From: Isurus oxyrinchus
Lineage: Eukaryota
Length of the DNA: 64,000 nt
Reading direction: 5' to 3'
Assembly: GCA_026770705.1 (NCBI GenBank)
Contig: JANJGN010000140.1
Coordinates: forward strand, 558,001-622,000
Below, one piece after another: positions 38,613 to 49,739 of the stretch (positions are counted from its first letter, which is position 1; each line of letters begins with the position of its first letter). A model generated the notes under the pieces. It made no database searches. It saw only the letters and a program-made list of their open reading frames with translations, and had not been told where the DNA came from. The position numbers and the translations under genes were made by a program.

Positions 38613-38895
38613 TATCTGTAGTACTGAGCTTTACAGTAATAGGTGGCGGTGTCCTCAACTCTCAATTCCCGAATTTCCAGCGAAAATGTATTTTGTGCTT
38701 TATTCACCGACACAACAAATCTCCCCCCGCTGGAGATCCGCTCCCGCTCTGTCCTGGTCTGGGTTTGCTTGAAGAAATGTCCCGTTTGGAAATAATGCCC
38801 CGAAGCACCGGAGAAAACACAGGTGATGGTGAGAGACTGACACTCCTTCCTGGTCACCGCTGCCGGGGTCTGTGTCACTGACTGACTGAAAGAGT
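38613..38895 (-). CDS. NARTCR: NAR-TCR V exon (IgNAR/VNAR-like domain)
   Basis: SFSQSVTQTPAAVTRKECQSLTITCVF...ERERISSGGRFVVSVNKAQNTFSLEIRELRVEDTATYYCKAQYYR; VNAR-type CDR2 deletion, ISxGGR motif, YYCKA, and extra FR1 Cys. Confidence 0.93.
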
Positions 38896-39043
38896 CTGGA
38901 AATTAAAGAGAGAGAGTTCAATGGACCATCAGAACCGAACCACGGAACAGGGTTAAAACCCGAGACAGTGTCTGTAATTGGGATGGACTCAGACAGCTTT
39001 CTATTGAATCCACACAATGTCGGTTTGTTTGACCTGTACTCAC

Positions 39044-39086
39044 GGGGTAAACAGACACACAGCGTGAAAACAAGGAGGATTCCCAT
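39044..39086 (-). CDS. NARTCR: NAR-TCR V leader exon
   Basis: MGILLVFTLCVCLP + phase-1 GTGAGT donor, joining in frame to the exon at 38895. Confidence 0.9.
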
Positions 39087-39110
39087 CGCTCTGCTGCCTG
39101 GAGCTGAGGG

Positions 39111-39212
39111 TTTATATGACGGGGAGCTGGAGACTGCAGCCCTGGACTGCACTGGGAGACCGGACCTCAGAGCTGAACTGAAATACTTTCGCGGGGCCGA
39201 GTTGATTTGCAC
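39111..39212 (-). promoter_or_regulatory. NAR-TCR V promoter: TATAAA (39111-39116) and octamer-like GTGCAAAT (39205-39212)
   Basis: TATA box 25 bp upstream of the ATG; octamer has one mismatch to ATGCAAAT. Confidence 0.5.
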
Positions 39213-39999
39213 GGGGCAGTTTAGCTGAGATCATTGATGGGCCGCACGGTTCCCGAGTCGCTGGCTAAGTGTTGTGTGAGTAAGAGACAGGTTTATAAAA
39301 TGAGGCTGCAATTTTCTGACTCTACATTTGGATTGTGATCCGGATGTGAAAGCCCCTCCCACAATACTCTGGTGTACGGGGGTGGGGGAGGGGAGCTTTT
39401 CTTTCTGCCAGTTGTGCTGCCACCTTCCTTTCCCCGCAGTAAAGAACGGGGAGGTTGGTTCATGTGTTTGTATTGGGTGGTGTTTGTTAAAGGTGGAATG
39501 TGGGCCCAGGACACCAGGAGAATCTCCCCGCCCCGCTCTTACTCCAATATTCCGGAGATTGTTTCACATCGCCCTGAACGGACTGGCGGGACCTCAGTTA
39601 GACTCCTGATCTGAAGGCCAGCGCCTCAGACTCGTCATCTTCCCTGGCACAGCAACTGGGGCCAGGTGACAATATGAGGGAGTCCAGTGACATTGCCAAT
39701 ATCCTGGCAGATGTACACAACATACACAAAGACTAAGTAGCAGCTCGTTACCTTACTTGGCTGGGTGGCTAGTGTCTGCTTCGGAATAATGCCAATAGTA
39801 CGGGATCTGGAAGCATAGTAACATTCGAACAGGAGAAAGCCATTCAGCCCGTCGAGCCTACTCCACCATTGAATACAATCATGGCTGATCGAACACTTCA
39901 AAGCCTTTTTAAGCAGTAGTAATTCAGGCATGGCCGAGTGTAATGCAAACAGACATGTGTAATGCCGCAATGAATGAGATTGGGCCTCATGTACCGTAA

Positions 40000-40450
40000 A
40001 CAGATACACAGGCTATTGTAATAAAAAGAGTGACATTATCTTGTGTGATACTGAGACAGGATGTTGCCTAACACTAATGGAGATGACCTCTTGCAATAGT
40101 AACTGTCATATTACCTTGGATCATATTGACAAAGATGCAATCTATTGCAAATAACTGAAAAAAGGGACGAATGCAATATAAAGTGAGATGTGGTCTAGTG
40201 TAGTTCGATTGGGGCAGTGTCAAGTGTAATATAAACATAAGCATTAAAATGTTGTAGTCAGTAATAACAAAAATAGGGCCTCGTCTAACATAAGCGGAGG
40301 CAGATCTAATGCAGTAATAGCTAAGACATTATCTAGTGTAACAGTGCAGTGCAGTAATAAATGAGACGAACTCTCGTTTAATATAAACAGAGGGATTGTA
40401 CAGTGCACTAATAAATGAGTAATGCTTAATCCTTGAGTAACTGTGTACGA
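40000..40450 (-). repeat. Degenerate 27-bp satellite block
   Basis: GTCTAGTGTAA / GTAATATAAAC / GCAGTAATAA variants. Confidence 0.45.
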
Positions 40451-42271
40451 TCAGGCACTGAGCTCATGCACTGAGGTGGACATCACTCAAGTCACAGTAA
40501 AGGTGCTCAGATTCCAAACCACGAGTTTGTTTCATTTTAACTTGCTGTTTTTCTTTCTGTTAGCTGTGTGCTAATGTTTGCCTTTGTTTCCCATTGTTTC
40601 CTTTAGCGTCATCCCCATTTTCCTGATTGAAATCCCCAGGATTCTCCAAATTTCATATTTCCTGGTGTCACTGAGGAGTCTACAGACTGTGTGTGCATCC
40701 CATAACTTCAGTCAGTGTTAGTCTCTCTTGTCCATTTGTATTACCCAGAGCACTGTTGATTCCTTTCCCGCAGTTCACTACACTATGTGCCATATGGGAG
40801 AATAACCATTACGAACTGTTTACTTTCTGTGCCTTTATATTTATAAATACATTTCTGCATCAATACCCTTCTGCTATTCTCGATTTGTACCACTAACTGT
40901 CCTCACCTCAGCATTATACACCTCTCTCTGTTAATATGTATCTCTGCCACTCAATGTAATCAATCTCACCTTCATTTGTGTCCCTCTATTAGTGTTTCTC
41001 TGCATTATTACCATACCGAGTGTCATTTTTATCAAACTCCCTCTGCATCGCCCATCGTTCTTAGTCTCAACTTTATATTCGGCATTGTGCAGGTGTCTGA
41101 ATGCATTCAGACAAAAACAGGTCTAATCTGTAGACGAGGTACACATTCGCCTGTCACAGCTCAATGTTTCAAATCTTTGGGTAGTGAGAGCAAACGGCAC
41201 GGAAATTATTCACCATGGGGACCTCATTCGCTGATCTTCATAGGTAAATCTCTCAGGTTTTTTACCATTGAGGCCAGGCAGGCACTGAGCCGATATACGA
41301 CGGTGATGGTGGAGGCGGCGGCGGATGGAGGGGGTTTCATTCACCGTCACCGGAACATTGTTCAGGTTTTAAACACTCGGTATAAAGTGTGGGGCTGATG
41401 CACCTTGGAGCAGGCGGCATCGCGTGCACAGGGACAATGTTCAGATCTTCCTTTCAATCGCTGCCATTGCACGATTCAATAATTTTAACCCGCTCTCCTC
41501 TTTTCTGCTTCCTGCCCGGATTTGTTAACTCGATTTATTTATATCATTTCTGCTTTTACTTATGCTTCTTTATCTCCGTCTCTCTCTTCTGTTTACAATC
41601 CACAGGATCCCGCGCTGCCAGACGGTGAGAAATTCTCCGTCTATTTACTGAATTCGCTGGACTTTCTTTATATGAGCAGCTGGGTTTGGACGGCTGAGAG
41701 GAGTCGTGAGGTGCGGGGAGTCCCCTGGGGGTTCGGGGGTGTCCCGTGGGGGTAGTTGGAGTCTGAGAGGCGGGGTGGGGGGGGGGGGGGGACTTCCTGG
41801 GAGTTCGGGGATGTGGAAGGAGACTCGTGGGCGTCGATGTGGCTCTGTACAAAGTTACCCAGAAGCTAGAAGTGGTTTTAATTCTAACTTTTCCTGGGCA
41901 ACTCTTGATGTCGGACAGTCGGAACCATTCGAGCTTTGCAATGTAAATTGTATTTTCTGTTTGTTCCCAGTACAGAGCAATTGCCCATGGGAAGCTTCCA
42001 CTTCCAGGAGAATTGCCGTGTAAACCTTGCCTGGGAACTCCAGGCGGGGTGTTCCCCGGCGCATCTTCGGTGTATCCTCCACTTACACGGCCTTGGAGCT
42101 CGGAGGTCATGGCCCAGCAGAATGTTACGGTTTTCTTGCTCCGCCTGAATCTGACACTATGGCTAATATTTGCCCTTGTTTCCTGGTATTTGAGCGCCCA
42201 CTGCTGAGTATTAACTGAGCTGCTCGTTCTAGCATTTTGAGCGGGATCCGCCGTATCTCTGCCGCAGCATG

Positions 42272-42671
42272 CGGCTTGTGCACAGAAATACTCGGCTGCG
42301 TCGCAGATCAGAGCCTCAGCTCCGTTATCTTGGTAGTTATGTTAGATGTAGAAGAGAATTGATCAACTGTCTTCTTGTTTTCATTCTCACCGATCAGATT
42401 ATTGGGGAGCTGTGGATGTTGCTCGGGCTGCTGACTATACCAGAACAAATGGTTATGGAGCAAAAATAAGAATAGCTGGAAAATTCTCCGCAGGTCTGAC
42501 AGCATCTGCGGAGAGGAATACAGTTAACGTTTCGAGTCCATACGACTCTTTGTATGGTTATGGAGATTTGTTTTCAAGATGCATATCACGTGGTGTTACA
42601 GGCATCATTTCAGTTTCGGCATCATTTCAGCAACCGATCCGATCACTGTGTGTGCATGGCTCCATCCTAAC
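42272..42671 (-). pseudogene. TCR V pseudogene interrupted by a short insertion
   Basis: SHAHTV...VICILKTNLHNHLFWYSQQPEQHPQL...KITELRL*, frameshift, then DAAEYFCAQ; decayed RSS. Confidence 0.75.
42461..42553 (-). mobile_element. 93-bp Penelope-terminus insertion with 12-bp target-site duplication
   Basis: ATGGTTATGGAG at 42449-42460 and 42554-42565 flank sequence homologous to 44770-44850. Confidence 0.85.
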
Positions 42672-43490
42672 CTAAAGTAGTTGGGTAGATGTCATCATTG
42701 TCAGGGTCATCATCACCATTATTTCAAATAGCTTCATCAGCGGCAGCATCACCTTACAGTTAATAACACGTGGGTTACAACAGTCAGGGGGAGAACGGAT
42801 TTTTTCTGGGAAGGAAATACTTACTAAGAAGTGATATAATGACGAGGACCGGGTGTGATGTAATTCCCCATGATGCTCCCTGAGTCTGTAACTCTACAGT
42901 CCTCCAAATCCTCTGTCAGGGCAGAAGTGCAGATCCCCGGCGCACTGTACTGTTGATCCAACCAACGTCAAACCAGGAACAGTGGAAAACAACTTTCCAA
43001 ATCACAGGAAAGGCAAGGAAGGTCAGAGCGAGAGAAGCGAACAGAACTATGGGGGAGGCGGCCGCGGGCACTGTTGTCACTCGTAAAATCTATCGAAATG
43101 AGCTGAATTCAAGACTAATGCGCTCAACAGAAATTATATAATTCTGCCGGTCTGTAAGGACTGCGTTACGTTCCTAGTTATTTCAAATCTGGGCAAAACA
43201 GTCTGGCGACAGGAATTAGAGGATTGTTATATTATTCTGTAATTACAGATACCTTCATAGTTGAAATCAGTTAAAACAAGGGGCTGAATCTGTCGTGGGG
43301 AACAGAACAACTGGGCATCCCACCCCAATGTACTGGAGCTGTGCTGTTCATTAACACTGAAATAAACTTCCCAATTATGGGTCTCTAAGGAAACGTCACA
43401 CTAATGGGCATACATACGTGATCAAACGCAATTTCTCCTCAAGTATTGTTAAGCAACTATCTGTCAGGTGGTGGAAATCCACGGCCTGAT

Positions 43491-43506
43491 GCGCCACCTG
43501 GTGGCC
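43491..43506 (-). promoter_or_regulatory. CTCF-like motif (near-perfect)
   Basis: Reverse complement GGCCACCAGGTGGCGC, about 40 bp beyond the decayed RSS of the adjacent V. Confidence 0.7.
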
Positions 43507-43585
43507 GAATTTAATGAATCTTATTTTCTCTGATCTCACAAAACACGGCAATGGTGCGAGTTGCCCCGAGGCCTTTCTCACAGAG

Positions 43586-43878
43586 GGTCTCAGCACGTAG
43601 TAATACACGGGGTTGTCAGCGACCTGAAGCCCAGTCAAGGTAGAAGCAGCTATATTATTGGGTATTTTTTCGAATGACTGAAAAGCGACCTTTAATGTTC
43701 TTTCCACAAGAATGTGCCCGTATTTCGAAAGCTGGAGACGGGTTCTGGTTCTGACGATGAAGCTGCAAAAATTAATTCACGTCGGAAATTGAATAGATGC
43801 AATTTATGCTCATCGAGATTCTTTCCAGTTGTTGGGCTTCTGTTGACCACTGTCCGACTGAACCTCCGGAACTCACTC
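43586..43878 (-). pseudogene. TCR alpha-like V pseudogene
   Basis: CTGCAG acceptor; VSSGGSVGQWSTEAQQLERISMSINCIYSISDVN*FLQLHRQ...KGRFSV, frameshift, then LTGLQVADNPVYYYVLR; heptamer decayed to CTCTGTG. Confidence 0.8.
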
Positions 43879-44724
43879 CTGCAGAAATTATTTCATGGTT
43901 GCCATGGAAATATAATGAACAGCAGATAACGAACAGATAGATAGATAGATTAGATAGACGGATGGGTGGGTGGATAAATAGACAGATGGAGTGATGGACG
44001 GATGGACAGATCGGGGGTTGGAGAAATGGATGGATGGACGGATGTAAAAACAGACAATGCTGGAAAAACTCAGCAGGTCTGACAGCATCTGTGGAGAGAC
44101 AACCAGTGTTAACGGTTTAGAGTCCGTATGACTCTTCTACAGATGGATGAATGGATCGGTGGAGTGTGGGTGGATGTGCCTGAAAAATGCTGTTCCACGT
44201 TTTCACCTTTACGATTCACTGCTCCATAATTTGCCCCAGGCCCTTTATTCCATTTGTGGCTGTCTGGTGATTTCAGTCCTTCCCGATTTTCTGGATCATT
44301 CCAATTCCTTGGCTGTTCACAACTGACGAGCTGAACGTCACCAAGTACAACCTGGAGATATCCATGCGGTGTTGATCCTTTTCTGGTGATGTTGAATCTT
44401 CATCTCAAAGTTAGAAAGCGGTTTCATGACTGTGATGCGAAACGGGGATTATAACATCTGCAACATGCAGCCTTTTCAAGTACAACAAAGCACTCAGCAT
44501 ATCCTCAACCAAATTACTTCAATCGCAGCAGAAACATAGCAGATGGTTGAATACATACATTTTTTTCACATTTCCCTGGTAATTTCTTGCTGCTCTCTGA
44601 TTCTGGTGCAGTCCACCCCTCTGAACACTGCGGGAAAACCGTGCATGAACTGTGACTTTCTTAACAGCAAAATATTGATTGAAAACAGATTGTCACAATG
44701 AAATATATTCAATGGGTATTACAG

Positions 44725-46165
44725 ATTAAAAGCAGAAAACTGTGGATGCTGGAAATCCAAAACAGAAACAAAAATACCTGGAAAAACTCAGCAGGTCTGG
44801 CAGCATCTGTGGAGAGGAGCACAGTTAACGTTTCGAGTCCGAATGACCCTTCAACAGAACTAAGTAAAAATAGAAAAGAGGTGATATATAAGCTGGTTTA
44901 GGGGATGGGGGGCGGTGGCGTGAGGGGATTGGACAAGAAGAGCTGGATAGAGGGCCAGTGATCGGTGGAGATAACCAAAAGATGTCACAGACAGAAGGAC
45001 AAAGAGGTTTTGAAGGGAGTGTTATTATCTTAAGGAATGTGCTATTTAAGGGTAGAAAGCAGGACAAGCAAGGTACATATATCCTTAGTCGGGGTGGGGT
45101 AGGGGAACGGATCGAAATAGGCTAAAAGGTAGAGATAAAATAATGGATGGAAATACACTTAAAATAATGGAAATAGGTGGGAAAAGAAAAATCTATATAA
45201 ATTATTGGAAAAAAACAAAAAGGAGGGGGAAAATCGGAAAGGGGGTGGGGATGGAGAAAGAGTTCATGGTATAAAATTGTTGAACTCAATATTCAGTCCA
45301 GAAAGCTGTAAAGTGCCTAGTCGGAAGATTAGGTGCTGTTCCTCCACTTTGCGTTGAGCTTCACTGGAACAATGCAGCAAGCCAAGGGCGGACATATGGG
45401 CATGAGAGCAGGGTGGAGTGTTGAAATGGTTAATGAGAGGGAGGTCTGGGTAATACTTGCGGACAGACCAAAGGTGTTCTGCAAAGTGGTCACCCAGTCT
45501 GCGTTTGGTTTCTCCAATGTAGAGGAAACCGCATTGGGAGCAGCGAATGCAGTAGACAAAATTGAGGGAATTGCAAGTGAAATGCTGCTTCACTTGAAAG
45601 GAGTGTTAGGGCCCTTGGACACTGAGGAGAGGGGAAGTAAAGGGGCAGGTGTTGTACCTTCTGCTATTGCATGGGAAGGTGCCGTGGGAGGGGGTTGAGG
45701 TCTAGGGAGTGATGAAGGAGTGGACGAGGGTGTCCCGGAGGGAACAATCCCTAAGGAATTCCGCCAGTGGGGGAGAAGGGAAGATGTGGCATCATGCTGG
45801 AGTTGGCGGACATGGTGGAGGATGCTCCTTTGAATGCGGATGCTGGTGGGATGATAAGTGAGGACAAGGGGGACCCTATCATGTTTCTGGGAGGGAGAAG
45901 AAGATGTGAGGGCGGATGGGCGGGAGATGGGCCGGACACGGTTGAGGGCCCTGTCAATTACCGTGGGTGGAAAACCTCCATTAAGGAAGAAGGAGGACAT
46001 GTCAGAGGAACTGTTTTTGAAAGTGGCATCATCAGAACAGATGCGACAGAGGAGAAGGAATTGAGAGAATGGGATGGAGTCCTTACAGGAAGTGGGGTGT
46101 GAGGAGCTGTAGTCGAGGTAGCTGTGGGAGTTGGTAGGCTTGTAATGGATATTGGTGGATAGTCA
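44725..46165 (-). mobile_element. Penelope-like retroelement (RT C-terminus and GIY-YIG endonuclease), truncated
   Basis: FTCNSLNFVYCIRCSQCGFLYIGETKRRLGDHFAEHL (GIY-YIG) and DRVPLVLTYHP. Confidence 0.9.
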
Positions 46166-49100
46166 ACGAGAAATCAATGTAGGAATATACAGTAATCACC
46201 TTGCCATACAAATTTCTGCTCTGAATTTATAACTTGAAACCCTTAACGAATGTTCAAAACTACAGCAAAATTATTAATATTGTTATTAATATAGTCATTA
46301 TTATATTGGGGAAATGTTTTTAGGTAAACAACACAGAGTTCGTTAATACACAATTGATCCTCCCTCATTGCAGAAGAGGATCGCTACCTTTAACGAGGAT
46401 AACTACCTGCTCTGTGCCCATTGTCAATCATGTTCAATGTCCCACTATCAAGAGTAACTTTCGTTGTGCTAACTAACAGAAACAGTGACAGACAAATGGA
46501 GAGACAGTTCCAGATCCATGTGTTATGGCGTAGCTGATGATATGTGGCCAGGCAGACCAAATCCACAAGGGAAACGTGGTCACGCCATCACAAAGGTTTT
46601 CAATTTGTAATTATTATGAGAAGATGAGTGAACTGCCTTTACAGGTGACAAGTCCACTAAGGCTTTTAGAGATTTAAAAAATTAAATTAATATTTATTGA
46701 CAAAATAAAAGATTTCAAAAACATGCAACTGCTATTAAACAATACTGTAGCAAATCCTAAAATTCTAAATTAACCTGACACTCAGTTACATATCCCCTTT
46801 AAGGCAGCAGTCCAAAATCATAGAATCACAGAATCTCAAAATCACACAGTGCAGAAGAGGCCCTTTGGCCCATCGAGTCTACACGGACACATGAGAAACA
46901 CCTGACCTACCTAATCCCATTTACCAGCACTTGGCCCATAGCCTTGAATGTTGTGACGTGCCAAATGCTCATCCAGGTACTTTTTAAAGGATGTGAGGCA
47001 AACCAGCTCTACCACCCTCCCAGGTGGGGTGGTTTTAAATTTCAAAGAAAACCAGCAAGATAACCCAGTAATCACTTGGCAGTGGAATTGTAAATGGTTT
47101 GCTCCAACTTCAGTTACTGGACAGAGCCGGCTTATGCACAAAAGGATGGAGGCTTCTTGAAGGCTGTTTCACACACTCCTGTTAGATCTTACATGGCTCT
47201 CGCCTCACGTAGCCTTTCATTCTCCATTATATATTTTTATCTCTCTTTAATATGTACATTCTATTGCTCCAAATGACTTTGGAGCGGTACCTTTCCCATA
47301 ATAAAGAAGAATTCATGTTCCAATATTATCAGTAACCTTTGGGAAAAATAAACACACTCCTTAGCCTTGCTTAGCTGGCTACTTGTGAACTTAAAATCCA
47401 TACAATCCTTTCATTTTTCTAAAAAGGCAAGCTCCCTTCCCACCCTGCATGCTAAGCCAGCACCATGTTTATTCATTAGCATTTCAAACACATTTCTACA
47501 CCTAGCTTCTTTTGATAATTCCAAATGTATTTAAATCACATAGACAGAACCAGATATACTCACTCCCATAAACCTACTTTACTATAATCCAGAAAAATAT
47601 TATGAAATTATTATACTTTCATAACAATAGCAGGTTGTCATATTGCAAAACAATTTATATTTCTTGGTATTTTTGCCATTGACTGTGTTTAATAAACATC
47701 AGCTGTGCCTCAATCTATTAATCATTTGATCCATTGATAGTTCCAAACCTTCAACTTTCCCATACAATCGATGGCTTGCAACTGAATGATGTTTCTCACT
47801 GCATCAATAATCCTCAACCCTTTCAGCGCTCCTAATCGATTGGTGTTTCACAATCTATGAATGGTCTCCAATTCTCTTGTTTAAGGAAATGCGCTAGTTG
47901 GTCCACAAATCATTTGAATTACTGTGAAGTTCTGGTTAACCTGGTTGGATCTTAGAGTACAACTCACACAGTGAAGGAGCTGTACTGTTCAAGATCACAC
48001 CCACAGTCAGTGCCTGTCCTACCAGCGGAACTCTACATTAGGGTTTTTGTTACCATTGGGGCCAGGTTCAGTCTTATTTAACTATGTACCTATGTATAAA
48101 ATTGAACCATTGGATGCCTGGATTTATATTTATTTATTTCATATTCATTGGCTCAGTTGGTAGCACTTTCCCCTCTGACATTAAACTGGGGGCTATCTGC
48201 CCTCTCAGGTCGATGTGAAAGATCCCATGGTACTATTCCATCTGGAAGGGCAGGGAGTTATCCCCGGTGCCTTAGCATTTATCAGTCAATAAACATTTTA
48301 AAATACGCAGAGGCCCAGATTACCTGGTCATTATCACATTGCGGTTTGTGGGAGCTTGCTGTGCTCAAACAGGCTGCAGTGTGTCCTACATTACAACTGT
48401 CAATACACATCCTAAGTGCATTTTTGGTTGTAAAACACTCGGAGACTTCCGGTGATCGTGAAAAGTGCAATAATATATATATATATTCATTTTTTCCATT
48501 TTATGAAGTATAGATGCAAAATGAAAAGTGTTGGATTGAGCCAATAAGTCATAGACTTTTAGAATGAACCCGTGCTCCCAGCTGGGAAGGAGGTCATTCA
48601 GTTCCTCGGGATTGTACCAGCATTTAAAAAAATATATCGAATTTATTTCATGCACTCTCACCACCCCCACCGCCCATTCCGCAGCCCCCTCCACCCCATC
48701 CCCCACACCCCACCCACCCCACGAACATGCTGTTTCCCCATAGCCCAGCAATTTATGCCCATTGGAGATCATGTCTTCGTTGATAATGTATCAGACTCTG
48801 TCCAGTTGTCCCACTAAAATTGCTCTGGAGCATGGGGCCTTTTATATTATCTAAAGCTGTTTTTTTACCTATTATTTCACTACATCATACCCGAGGATTT
48901 GGAAGACATTGGGGCGAATGATGAATGTAATGGGGTAAGAAGGAATAATGTGACAACAGAAATAGTGTGGAACTTACTGGAAAGCAGAAAGTTCTTCATT
49001 CCTTTCCAAGCAAGGGAAATAATAAATCGGGATTTTAAAACTGAGTAAATTTATGTCAGATATAGGTAGTATCTCTTCCAAACTTATCACACCCTCAACG

Positions 49101-49739
49101 TTTATGTCAGGAGCTTCTATTTAATGCTGAGCGAAGCACTTAACACTGAAACGCAGAGACTGGTGGGTATATGCTCACCATCCTTGGAATAATTTAGTCC
49201 ATTTTCCAACAGAATTCTCGGAACAGAGGGATTCCTTTGTAAGGGAATGCTCAGTGTATTCTCAATCAATGTTAACGACATTAAACGAACAGCAAATACA
49301 TTTTCAATAAAATAAAATCTGGAACATAATAGGTAACAACGGTTATTTATCTTTGTGGACTTCACTTGTCAGTAAATATGATGCGTTCGCTCACACACAC
49401 ACATTTCAGTTTAAGATCCCATCTTTCCTACCTCGGAGGCTCTGTAGCACCTGCAGAATCGAAGAAAATCACCGCCACCACATTTCAGGTGGTTCCATGA
49501 AGAAAAAATCTCTCCCCACTTCACACTGGTTCAGTTGGTCACTAAAGCTCCCATCATTCCCACAATGTGCGCCTTGGTCCACATTCTTCGGTTGAAACAA
49601 GATCGTCAAGAATTAATCAATATGAATTGAAACACTTTGCTCTTCTCGTGACCTTAAAGTGCGCAAATCAGCCACGTTAATCTGCCACAGTTGCAACCAT
49701 AAGTATTAGAAGTTCGCTCAGGAGGTGATGAGCCGATAC

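Noticed and set aside
38700-39212. 170-aa minus-strand ORF
   Set aside because: It is read-through of the leader into the intron and an alternative frame of the V exon.
41556-42110. 184-aa minus-strand ORF
   Set aside because: No recognisable domain or splice structure; it includes low-complexity G/C runs.
47967-48005. Isolated CACAGTG heptamer
   Set aside because: No credible nonamer at 12 or 23 bp and no convincing V upstream.
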